Assembly (NCBI RefSeq): GCF_964204645.1
Contig: NC_134034.1
Span: forward strand, 5,492,914-5,556,913
Length of the DNA stretch: 64,000 nt
Source of the DNA: Tubulanus polymorphus
Lineage: Eukaryota; Animalia; Nemertea
Direction: 5' to 3'
Positions 1 to 10,810 of the stretch are shown in pieces; the stretch's first letter is position 1; each line of letters starts with the position of its first letter. The translations under genes and the position numbers were made by a program. Below the pieces are notes generated by a model. It was not told the origin of the DNA. It ran no database searches and worked only from the letters and a program-made list of their open reading frames with translations.

Positions 1-25
1 TATCATTGTGGGATTCTCTCCTCAT
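1..25. mobile_element. End of a Penelope-type hairpin element (same family as 63456-63668) inserted into the PolB pseudogene
   Basis: TATCATTGTGGGATTCTCTCCTCAT is identical to 63610-63634 and is the reverse complement of 63456-63480. PolB-like coding (EKLMVT..DKY) stops at this junction. Confidence 0.8.
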
Positions 26-3000
26 GACTATATTTATCTTCCCGAGTTACCATTAACTTTTCTGTATGAATATGATTTTCGGGTTTAATTCTTTTTTTGA
101 TAATTTGATAATTATTCATGTGTTACAGTTTTGTGTTCGGGACAGTGTGCTAGATTTCTAGATTTAATTTTTTTATCTTCAGGATATTCTAAATCTACAA
201 CAAAGAAGTAACCAGTATCTGAATCATCTGCAATATCTAGAATTCTTTTCTTCCAATCAAATTTATCATTATTTTCATGTTGTAAAACTTCAGTTATTTC
301 AAATACTCCATAAGGTTGAGGTTCCATCATTGCCCAACCATATAGATTATTTGCATCTATATATAATAACTTATAACCAGGGTTATCATTTACATTGAAA
401 TATCTATCGCCTAATACACCCGAAACTCCTCCTCTTATAGATTCTTCAAATAATAATAATTGATCTATATTTGTTTACAAATCCATTTTTATATCTGTAA
501 ATTTCAAACCACAGTCCCAAGTTAAACCTGGACTAGAATAACAATGACATGGATCAATATTGAAATATTTTAGATTCACATCTCTAAACCTTTCAAATAT
601 ATCAGTTAATAATAATACATCTGATTTTAGATATGAATCTACTAATTGTCCATGATTTTCTATTTTGAAATGATTCCAAATATTCAATGTTCTATTATAG
701 AGTTCATCTTTAACATATTCATTTTTTAATTCATCATAGAATTGTTCTTTTAATACTTCAGTTATATTGAAATCATTATGCGATTTATAAAAACTATATG
801 GAATTGCTCCTTTATATCTCATTAATTGAAAATCATCATTATTTGGATAGTGTTGCTTTAATATTTTTAATTCATCATCAACTAATGATTTTGATAAATT
901 ATCTAATGAACTACTTAAAAATCTATATGAATCTATAAATCTTAGACACCCAAATTGGAAAGATATATAATTCTCAGATGTTTTAGCTTACATTTTAAAT
1001 TCATAAGTTGGTATTTTATCTTTTGGTCTATTTGAATTTAATCTTTCAAATTCATTATTGATTTCTTCTATTTTATGGCACAGTTGCTTGATAAATAAAT
1101 GAGCATCATACCCTGATAAATTATGAAATATAACCGGAACAAAATTGATTTTCTTAGCTTGGAAGTTACAATTCTCATGTGCTGCGCCTCTAAAATTTCC
1201 ACTCAAATGATCATGGTCTCTAACTTTTTTATCTTTTAGATTAAATATCTTTTCACAATAATAACATTTATCAGCAAACTCAAATTCTTCTTCATCTTCT
1301 TCTGTCATAATTATTTCTTTATTTGTATCTAATAGTTTACTAAATTTGATTTCATACTCAATTAATAAGTCACAAAAATGATTGATAACATTTTCATTTC
1401 TATAATTATAATATTCACTTTTAATCAGTTCTGGATAATCAGATTTAATATATAACCCGAAAGCTGCAGCACTTTGATGAATCTTTTTAATAGTATTTGT
1501 TATTAGAGGATCTGAATAATCAATTATATCATTTTCAGAATTTAATTTCTCTCTTTTATGATATATTTCTTTTCCTTCTTGATCAGTTAATTCCTTATTT
1601 AGTGATTCAAAATCACCATATATTACAAATTGTACTTTATTCTTGTAATCATATTTTTTAAATTCTAATATTTTATCCTTTTCATTTGGTAAAACTATTT
1701 TACAATAATCATGATTTTCACATAATTTTTTATGATTTAATAATGCACTTTCATTACTGAATTTATGTAAACATTCTCTACATAAATATATTTTACGAGT
1801 ATAATCATTTTCTGATTTGAAAAATAAATCAATTCTTTTAATCCACATATAATGTTTCTCATAATATAATATATCTATAACACCATTTGAATCATAATCT
1901 TTTGATTAAATCGAATACGTTTATCTTTAGATTATTTTCTCTTTCTATTTTTGGAAAATCTTTAATTCTAACTGGATAATTATCTATCTTATAATTATTT
2001 TCAAATTGTCTATAATTTGTTAATCTATAAATATGTTGATTATAATCTTCAACTGGATGTAAGCAACTTATTATTGTCCATAGAAAACATTTATCATCTT
2101 CATTTTGTACATTTATAACAGCATTAGTGTTAAATGGTAATTTGATATAACTTGATCCATTTATATTATCATCTTTATAATATGATAAATCATTTTCATC
2201 AATTGGTTTTGATTTAGTTAGCTTATTATATTTTGTATTGTACACATGTAAAGTCATAAATATTATTTCATCAAATATTAGACCAGATCCTTCAAAATAT
2301 TTTTTCTATTTTAGTTTTTATTTCATTATAACATTTTTCTAATTTATCATTTATATGCTGTTTTGAAATAATATGTTGTGAATGAGAATTTATATTATAT
2401 ATTGGTTTATCTTCAGATTTTAAAAATTAACTTTAGAAGATATACTAATTTTAGGATATTCTACGTCAGTAATTATTCTTATAATATTTTTCATATTTTC
2501 TAAATGTTTTTTATTTTCTTCTAATGGTTTACCTTTATGAAATTTAAACTCGATAGCTGCTGGACCAATATCACTTTTAAATGCTTCGGTTATTTCAATA
2601 TCTTTTTTATTATCTAATGAATTAATATAATTTCTAACATCTTCCATAAATGATTTCTTATTATTTAGAGTATCTTTTATTCTTTTAATGGTCTTCGGTT
2701 TATTATTATCATTATCAAAATAATCTTCACCTAAAATATCATTATTCATATTTCTAATATGACTTTTAGATTTTAAATGTTCTTTATAATATATTTTTTT
2801 ACTGAATGATTGATTACATGTATCACATTTGTATGTTTCTTTTTCATTCTTCAATTCGTCTAATTTAGTTTCTAATATATCATCTTTATATTCTATTTCA
2901 ATTTATTCTGTAAATGTGTTTTAGTTTTATTGTGTCTTGCTTTTTGAGATTTATCTATATCAATTTTACATGTTGAACAGCAGTACTTATTTGCTTCCAT
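26..3000 (-). pseudogene. Disrupted protein-primed family B DNA polymerase of Polinton/Maverick/adintovirus type (3' part truncated)
   Basis: ORFs 2420-2854, 1892-2257, 988-1848, 475-822 and 112-330 plus the gaps between them read in order: N-terminal Cys/His Zn fingers, EGSG..GSSYIKLP..INVQNEDDKCFLW, KHYMWIK, ExoI VIYGDFES, EndoVII-like VRDHDHLSGNFRGAAHENCN, ExoII FHNLSGYD, FIDSYRF, KGAIPY, ExoIII YLKSDV, IRGG, motif A YIDANNLYGWAM. In-frame TAA stops at 988, 475 and 112, plus frameshifts. Probable ATG at 3000. Confidence 0.9.
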
Positions 3001-3030
3001 TTTAATATCAAATTTTTTATTAAAATTGAT
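2998..3030 (-). promoter_or_regulatory. Palindromic upstream motif of PolB
   Basis: Coding strand reads TCAATTTTAATAAAAAA-TTTGA-TATTAAAATG; a near-identical motif lies at 3389-3421. Confidence 0.5.
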
Positions 3031-3040
3031 TTTACATATT

Positions 3041-3391
3041 TTATTCGAAATCTATTTCATGGTGCCCTTTTTCATTCTTACCCTTATATATGAAATAGAA
3101 AACACCTGAACATAATTCTTTTAAATCTTCACTTGATAATCTATGAAATCTATCTGGTAAATATGTTCTGAATTCATTTCCTTTTAATCCTTCATATTCT
3201 AAGTGAATAACTAATTTATCTCCATATTTGTTAGAAACTGTATCAATATTTGTAATTAGAAATTTCTTATGAATTGTTAATTCTGTTAACTTCTTAAATT
3301 TATAGTCTACAGATTTAGCATTTGTGATATCTTTTATTCTATCTAGAAATGATTTTTTGTTCTCACTGTGTACTTGTTTACTACACTCCAT
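3041..3391 (-). CDS. Small element-encoded protein (116 aa), possibly an OB-fold ssDNA-binding protein
   Basis: Intact ORF, co-oriented with PolB and 40 nt upstream of it, same AT-rich composition. Beta-rich pattern (SNKYGDKLVIHL..FRTYLPDRF). The function is inferred. Confidence 0.6.
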   Translation of the reverse strand: MECSKQVHSENKKSFLDRIKDITNAKSVDYKFKKLTELTIHKKFLITNIDTVSNKYGDKLVIHLEYEGLKGNEFRTYLPDRFHRLSSEDLKELCSGVFYFIYKGKNEKGHHEIDFE

Positions 3392-3421
3392 TTTAATAAC
3401 ATATTTTTTTATTAAAATTGA
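3389..3421 (-). promoter_or_regulatory. Palindromic upstream motif of the 116-aa ORF
   Basis: Coding strand reads TCAATTTTAATAAAAAAAA-TATGT-TATTAAAATG. Confidence 0.5.
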
Positions 3422-3485
3422 ATTTAGAAGTTATTCATTTATATATGTTATTCATTTATATGTTATTCATATATATGAATATTAA

Positions 3486-3622
3486 AGTAATTGGTAATGT
3501 GTTTGTTCAGGCCAAAGGTTGAGTCGAGTGAGTAGAAAAACAAATTCGAGCGTGCGAGAATTTATTTTTCTACTCACTCGACCTCTCGACCTTTGGCCTG
3601 AACAAACACATTACCAATTACT
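3486..3622. repeat. 137-nt imperfect hairpin bordering the PolB element
   Basis: 3486-3519 is the exact reverse complement of 3589-3622 (34 bp). Inner stem GTCGAGTGAGTAGAAAAA/TTTTTCTACTCACTCGAC, loop GAGCGTGCGA. Confidence 0.9.
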
Positions 3623-3938
3623 GACCATCTCCGGTGCTTGCGATACATCATTTGTCAAATGATTACTCCAAGGATACATATAGGCGGCATAAATCGTATT
3701 ATAACGTGTATACCTGTGTATCATCAATTAGTAAATTTCATGTTTCTGGTGTAAAAAAATCTCCGATTGCAAAATAAGTGAGGACGTGTATCGATTTTAA
3801 TGACTCATGATACAGGATACTGATATCGATGCAGCGCTAATTAAATTAGGGTTTGGTCGAGACCAGACAAAAAATATTTCTCTCTCGCATTGAGTGGATC
3901 GGACCTGAGTAGATCGGACCGCGACATTATCCGCTCCT

Positions 3939-5051
3939 ATGGATGAAAACATGACGACTCCATCAGTTGACTCTAACACGAAGGTTAGAGTCTATGCTCC
4001 AGCCGAGCCAATCGATGGCTCAATTTATCATCGTAATAACTGCGGGGTTAGACTATACACTTATGACATATATCTTTATCTTTGCGGAGCGTTCCCCGTC
4101 ATGATACTCGGCATTCTCTTAAACATTTTGGTTATCGTTACCTTGCGAGCACAGAGTTCAACTCACATCTCGTTTTATCTTTTACGCTGTTTAGCTTTGT
4201 TGGACGTAACGTTTTTGATATGGCGCGGGATACAAGGACCAGTACGTTATCTACTAGCATTTTTAATACAAGGAGAGTTTATATTTGAAGTACGGTGGCA
4301 TTCTTATTTCATGCCATGGCTTTACGTCATAGCATTAGTACCACGATATGCATCTCAATTGACACGGAACTGGTTAACCGTCGGTGTCGTCGTTCAACGA
4401 ACTTTATCAATTTTATTTCCATTTTTTGCTAAACGAACTATTACGAAATATCGAATCAAAGTCATGATAGTTTTATGTTTTATAATTTTCGGACTGCTTT
4501 ATAGTCCGTATTTCGCTACCATCAAAATCATTTACTTTTTCGATGTCTGCTCAAATCGTCTTCAAATGAAACTTGAAGAAAAGAAATCGAAACGATTGAA
4601 AGCAATTTTCTCGTCGATTTTTGCTGTTTATGGACCATTTTTTAAGGAATACCTGCCTATTTTACTATTAATTGTTTTCAATACTATTATGATAATAAAA
4701 CTGCGACAAATTCAGGCTAAACGTAAAGAAGATTTCACATCACACGGAGGTGAGGATAAAAATAGAAGTATTGATATTAAAGCTACTAAAATGGCAATAT
4801 CAGTTGTTTTGGTTTTTCTGGTTTTTGAAACACCCGTTTCTTTCTCTACAGTATATCGTCACATACGGGTTCGCTTCGATCTTCCTCCTTTGCCAGACGA
4901 GTGGCATATGTATGTCGATCCAATTTTCTGGGCTCTTTTTCCACCGTTAAATTCGACCACTAACTTTTTCCTGTACTGTATTGTGAATAGTACGTTTAGG
5001 AAAACAGCTCTTAAATTTATACGAGACCGATGTCAACGAAACGCGACATGA
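3939..5051 (+). CDS. Intronless class A (rhodopsin-like) GPCR, FMRFamide/peptide-receptor-like
   Basis: 370 aa with seven hydrophobic segments: GILLN (TM1), LALLD (TM2), RNWLTVGVVVQRT..ILFP (TM3), FLVFETP (TM6), NSTTNFFLY..FR (TM7/H8). Confidence 0.9.
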   Translation: MDENMTTPSVDSNTKVRVYAPAEPIDGSIYHRNNCGVRLYTYDIYLYLCGAFPVMILGILLNILVIVTLRAQSSTHISFYLLRCLALLDVTFLIWRGIQGPVRYLLAFLIQGEFIFEVRWHSYFMPWLYVIALVPRYASQLTRNWLTVGVVVQRTLSILFPFFAKRTITKYRIKVMIVLCFIIFGLLYSPYFATIKIIYFFDVCSNRLQMKLEEKKSKRLKAIFSSIFAVYGPFFKEYLPILLLIVFNTIMIIKLRQIQAKRKEDFTSHGGEDKNRSIDIKATKMAISVVLVFLVFETPVSFSTVYRHIRVRFDLPPLPDEWHMYVDPIFWALFPPLNSTTNFFLYCIVNSTFRKTALKFIRDRCQRNAT

Positions 5052-5122
5052 TCAAATAATATGTCAAACTCGGACAAAGTCATCGGATAAGTCGTCATAT
5101 TACTGAAGTCGTCTCTGTTTAA

Positions 5123-5321
5123 AGCCCAACGCACACAGCAAAACATGTGTTTTGCCGAAACAGAAAACACGTCTTTTAGAAAACGCTTTTTGCTCGTGAA
5201 AAACGTTTTTCAGTTCGGCGTTTTGTGTTTTGCCTCCCCCGCACACGGCATAACAAAAAAACATCGAAAACGTTTTTCCACGAGGAAAAAACGTTTTTTT
5301 CAGTGCCGTGTACGTTGGGCT
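5123..5321. mobile_element. MITE with TTAA target duplication (Kolobok/piggyBac-type ends)
   Basis: TTAA-AGCCCAACGCACAC ... GTGTACGTTGGGCT-TTAA, with internal AAAACG repeats. Confidence 0.7.
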
Positions 5322-5770
5322 TTAAAATTCAATTTGTACTTCCAACATAATTACGAATTGATAATCGTCATTTGTATGAGTTGGCGATATAATGATCGTC
5401 CCATCTAAAAAGATAGCCCGTAAAGTGAGTTTGATTTTTTTCATTCTAGAAAACACGAATATGCCATTGTAAAATCTTTCATGCACCTGGTATATATCCA
5501 TTTTATGTTTCATTTACATTAAAGTCAAGTTATTACAAAATGTTCCCATGACTGCAATTGTAGCAACTCGGATTTCCATGTAGTTGCAAGGGGAACGTAG
5601 CTCGATGGCGATCAACAAACAGACAACCGATGTAGAATAATCGATATAGCAGTTTTAATCCAGAGTCGGAGATCCACTCGGTCGACAATCGTAAAATTTC
5701 TCTTTTTGTTCGACACATTACACATCACATTTATACACACATAATACTCAAACAAAAACAAAGACAGATG

Positions 5771-5974
5771 CCTTCGTGTTAGATTCTGTCCACGGATGCA
5801 GTCGTCATGATATTATCCATTGGAGCGGATGATGATGTCGCGGTCCGATACTCAATGCGAGAGAGAAGCGCTGCATCGATATCAGTATCTGTATCACGAG
5901 TCATTACAATCGATACACGTCCTCACTTATTTTGCAAACTGAGATTTTTCACACCAGAAACATACTATGAAATT
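5771..5974 (-). repeat. Inverted, diverged copy of the GPCR upstream region and first codons (3733-3984)
   Basis: The reverse complement reads MDNIMTTASVDRI* versus the GPCR MDENMTTPSVDSNTK. Shared blocks include TGCAAAATAAGTGAGGACGTGTATCGATT and GATACTGATATCGATGCAGCGCT. Confidence 0.85.
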
Positions 5975-7525
5975 TTAGGTATTCTATTCCACTAATGAGG
6001 ACTATCCAGCTATCCCACTAGACGTGCGCATCAGTGCGACACCCCTGTCAAATCTTCATTTTCACTGAACTTTCTTTCATCTTTCTTTCTTTCATCTTTC
6101 CCTAATCAGTAATTGGGCAAATCACTTCTCTAGACCTTTTAGGTTCATCTATATGGTGAATTTACCACTCAAAGAATTTGAGAATCCGATTGTACCACTT
6201 AAATGCATCGCGAGCCCTGGAGATGGTCACCTGATGTCACATCCAATAAATTTGGCACTGAAAAATACAAATAGGCCTACATGTAGAACAAAGATCAAAT
6301 TAGAAACGAGAAATCATGCTCTAATCCTTTATCATTCTCGAAAGTGATTTTGTGGGAAATTCCAAGGGCATTGCAGTAGTTCTAAATGACGATGGCTGAT
6401 CCTGGGACTGCAGTTGCTGAACGGTAACGAGCCCAAACCACACCAAAATCTTCTATATCTAAAAACAAGAGATTTGAGTGCTCTGTTCACATATTAGCGC
6501 GTAAATTCAAGGGAAATCCTGCTTATGGCTCACAGGCCAGCATCTTAAGCAATGCATTGAAGTGGTTTTCGCCCCACATACCCAACCTTTAGACAGGAGG
6601 AGTATACTAGCAGCAAAATTCGAAATGAACGTGAAACAAATTTTTCATCAGATAAACTTTCGTTGATATGTGCCCCAAACAAATGTTTCTTAGGGTCCTG
6701 AATGGTGTTTCGAATATTCAATCGTACCACGGAGTTTCGTTTTGGAGTCATGATCGTCATGATCAGGAACGCATTTTGCGATCGACCAACTCGGCAGTGA
6801 TATGACTTCCAAGATGGCGGCACCTGGTTTTATGGGACCACTATTCCAAAAGCTTCTATATCCTGTAGTAAAATCAAGAAATTCGAGCGTTTAGTTCATA
6901 TAAGCGCGTAAATGCAGAGGAAATCCTGCTTACGCCTCATAGGCCAACTAAGATTTTGTCCACCCATACAGTAATAATAAAAACGCTTAGCCACCCTACT
7001 TTCAATACTTACCCGTCAAAATACATTATTATTGATGTTTGTACAAATTAATGATTGATCATTGCGTATGTTTATCGACATGGTTCTCGGGAACTATGGT
7101 GGTCAGTTACAAAGTGGACTCATGGGCACGGAATCATACATTTATGGGTGGCCCAATCATTTCTTATTTCAACAAACACAATAATGAATCACCCTAATTG
7201 AATCTTAATTCAAATTACAGTAAAGCCGTAATAAGTGGATCTGTCAGAGGTTGTGCATTTTACGAAAACACACTGTCTATTCCAGATTTAGATATCGAAC
7301 CAGTTCCGTGATTAATGTATAATACCATACAATTTACCTCTACCATTCGTCGCGTAGACGTCATTGTATTCAGGAAAACCTGTTTTTGGATACAGAAAAT
7401 ATCGGAGATAATGGAAAATATAAAACCTTAACACTAAGGCAAATACATAAACAGGGTCTATATCGCACATATATATCATGTACCCGGTACAGTAGCCTAC
7501 ACCTTAAAGTGTTCTAAACTGGGAA

Positions 7526-10337
7526 ATGAAAATGAAATTACTTTCAGCGGAATGTGCATTAGCAGTAATTCTAGTAGGTTTTACGGGTAAGTTGCCTTTT
7601 ACCATACATGTGTAGCCTACCAATGGTGCCCTTTTTATCTGTCTTCACCAACTTCTCAGAAGAAAGATTGATTTTTTAACCAAAAATCAACACTTTGATT
7701 TTAAAAGGGCATTTTTGAATTGCCTTCCGGAAGGCATGGAAGGTAAGCTGTATCCACCCCTGGTAGCTTGAGGCCAGGTGCCCTCCCCCCACAACCTAGG
7801 CGTTTTTAAAAATGTTTCGTTCAAAATGGTTCCATTTTAGAGGATTTCAGGTTAACTGCAGCTTTTCTCAGCAAATTCTGAATATTGCGAAAAGCAAACG
7901 GTAATTCTGTGCACCAACAAATTAAACTATTTTCTTTCAACCGAGGGCCAGGGAATTCATCCGTCAAATGTACAAAGATTTCTGTTTGGAGGATTAATAG
8001 ATTGATTTTAGGTTTTTTCAAAATTGTCAGAAAACCAAATGATCTAACGGGTTTCAGTAACACTGGCTATGTACAATAACCTAACTTATTACGTAAGTTC
8101 AGTAGCATCGGACATTAATGTCCGATGCCATCAGGAAGCCTCAGCTCTCGGAATTCAGGCAGAGAATGGTCAGGATGGCCATCTTGCGTATGATCAACCA
8201 AATTTTTCGAAGGCCCCTTGAGGATACAAGGAAGATCAGGATAATTGAATGAAGCGTCATAAAAATGTACACACTTTGAACACTTAAAAAGACTTCAGAG
8301 TGTTTGGGAAGCATTTCTATAACCTTCCCCCGTTTCTAAGCATAAACATTTGCAACTGAAGATCTTCCACGTCCTGCGAGTTCATGTCCTAGGGTTCCTT
8401 TCTGACTAGGAATTGAGAATGAATACAGAGAACTTAAGCCTACTTGGCGTAGTAAAAGCTAGATTATCACGTTCATACGTATGGTCTCCAGCAATGACAA
8501 CACCGCATAAGGAAGTGAATTTGAAAATAAACATTTTATCCTACACTCACCAAAGTAATCACACTCGCTATCCCTCAATGAGTGTAGTCAACATTGGTGT
8601 TATTTTTGATAATTCTTTTTCATTTGGGTGACTAAATAAAAAGTGTGTAAGAAAGCAAACTTCCATCTATATTGCCTCAGTAAGATACGCCGGACATCCT
8701 ATCGATTTTGAAACATGTAAAACTGCTGTCTATTCGCCACAGTCATTTCGATCAACGCACGCGGACCCCAGCACCATTCCCGAGAAACTGCGTCTGGGCC
8801 TGCTGCCAGTGACCTGTCAGCCACGCGACGTATTTTCCTGCCATTTATTTCTTAACAATAAATGGCTCCGACACGCGGCGTTTGTTCCAATGCCAGTAGA
8901 AACAATTTTTAGCAGGTTTTAATTCGTAGTTTATACGCACTAATTGATCAATCATTAATGCTACGAATTATACATAATTCATAGAAAATAAGAATTAAAT
9001 AAAATCCGTATAACGTCTAATGCGTAGAAAAACCACGGTCCCAAGAGATACACTGGAATTAAGCGAGGTTGACTTTAGTCTTAAACCCCGGATTTTACCA
9101 CTGAAACCGTGACCTTGACTTATACTCCGAGCCGAGAATATTTTCAGGTTACAAGAAATATTAAGCAACGATGTTTGTTTACAAATTCGACCAACATAGA
9201 ACACAATGCTCATCTTCTGTTATAATTGTTTAATTGATTATTCATAATAACAGCATGACTATTCATGAATTCATACAATATTCATACATTGAAAATTCAT
9301 AATTATTATGACTTTATATTAAAAAAAAACACTTTAATATGAAACAATAGCCTACGTTCATAAATGCACTAGAAAAACTTCCTTAGATAGCAGAACATGG
9401 GATATTGGGGAATAAATCTCAATTGGTTACCAAAAACGATACCTCCCTCATCACTTAAAAGAAACCAGAAATCAGAAAGGCGGTATCAATTTTGAATGGC
9501 CTAACACGAATTAAAGATATATTAAAAATCTGCAGAGGAATTGAATGTACAAATGAATTAATTAAGTGTTCAACCAATTTGCCTTTAGAGAAATGTGGCT
9601 CCGTTTACTACACCACGGTAGTAATCAATGTTCACAAATACAAATGTATTTTAGAACAAGTATAGTACATTTTTTGGTTCATGGACGTATTTACTGTAGA
9701 AAGGTGTTAACTTTAACATGTACATAGGCCTAAATGCATTTCTAAAAATATTTTCAGTTTCTGAAGGATTGGTGTGCTTCTCCTACACGTGTAAAGACAA
9801 TAAATGCAATGTTGGCGATAAAACCACAGCGAAAAACTTCTGTACCCAAGAAGCTGCTCACTGTTTTGTACGCATCCGCCATGTGAACGCCAAGAAGAAA
9901 CAACTGTCTTAAAAGGATTAAGCATTTTATTTTTCAGTTTGATATTACAAGAGCAAATACAAACACATAAACACATTGACTTATCAATTACATACTTCAT
10001 CGTCAATGATCTAATTTTTTGTTTCATAAAAATAATCCGAAATCAGGAAATTTAATATGTGTGATTACCAGTAGCCTATATAAAGACATGTTTTTACATG
10101 TTATTCTTTTTTTTGCAGAAAAAGGTCGGCAAGACGCAAGACAAGGAGTATGTAACAAAAGGATGTGCAAAAACTTGCAATGATGAACAGAATAATGACA
10201 GAGACAATGTCGGCACAGTTGATATGTACTGCTGCAATGAAGATGCATGTAATGGCACAGAATACAAATTCGCAACAATTATCCCATTCATATCCGTCTG
10301 TGTAGCCCTCATTGTACATACAATACAAAATATCTGA
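7526..10337 (+). CDS. Ly6/uPAR three-finger protein, GPI-anchored (quiver/lynx-like); exons 7526-7586, 9758-9867, 10119-10337
   Basis: Signal peptide exon MKMKLLSAECALAVILVGFT; canonical GT-AG sites with compatible phases (1, 0); 10 Cys in the mature domain ending CCNEDACN; hydrophobic C-terminal tail. Confidence 0.8.
8570..8745 (+). mobile_element. Degenerate LINE RT fragment
   Basis: Translates as NIGVIFDNSFSF and CKKANFHLYCLSKIR, typical of the post-RT region of L2/CR1-group LINEs. Confidence 0.5.
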
Positions 10338-10519
10338 TTGAAATGTACTTAAATGATGGAACCTTGGTACGATAAACTGGAGTGGACCAGAAAATTTCAT
10401 TATAAAACCAATACATTAATTAGTTAGTTATACCTAGTTTGAATGAAACACATTTTGTCATTTAGAAATAATTTCGAATCATTTAGAATAAATAGTTTTT
10501 CTTTGTTATAAGTGATTGA

Positions 10520-10810
10520 TTGTTGTACATGTATCTGTACTCTTGTGCCAGAATAATTGAGGACGAGTACCATACTTTATTGTGCTGTACGCGATACAAC
10601 TCAGCAAGAAACGCTTTGCACACACAATATTTTCTATTCAAATTCATTGATTTATTGAGCACTAGATCCCACAGTCTGAGTATAAGAACAGGGAAATACC
10701 TCATTAGGATGTTAAGTGAAAGAAAGCGGTTTGTTGTTGACGAGTAACGTCACCTTTATCATATATATGAATGTCACATAAGTAATGTAATACTTTGACA
10801 AATAAAGAAA
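10520..10810 (+). mobile_element. 3' fragment of a LINE ORF2 (C-terminal Cys/His motif)
   Basis: CARIIEDEYHTLLCCTRYNSAR motif followed by AATAAA. Confidence 0.55.

Noticed and set aside
112-990. Three in-frame TAA stops in PolB suggesting an alternative genetic code
   Set aside because: The contexts imply different original residues (probably Leu and Gln), frameshifts are also present, and the neighbouring ORF ends in TAA. Ordinary pseudogenisation explains this.
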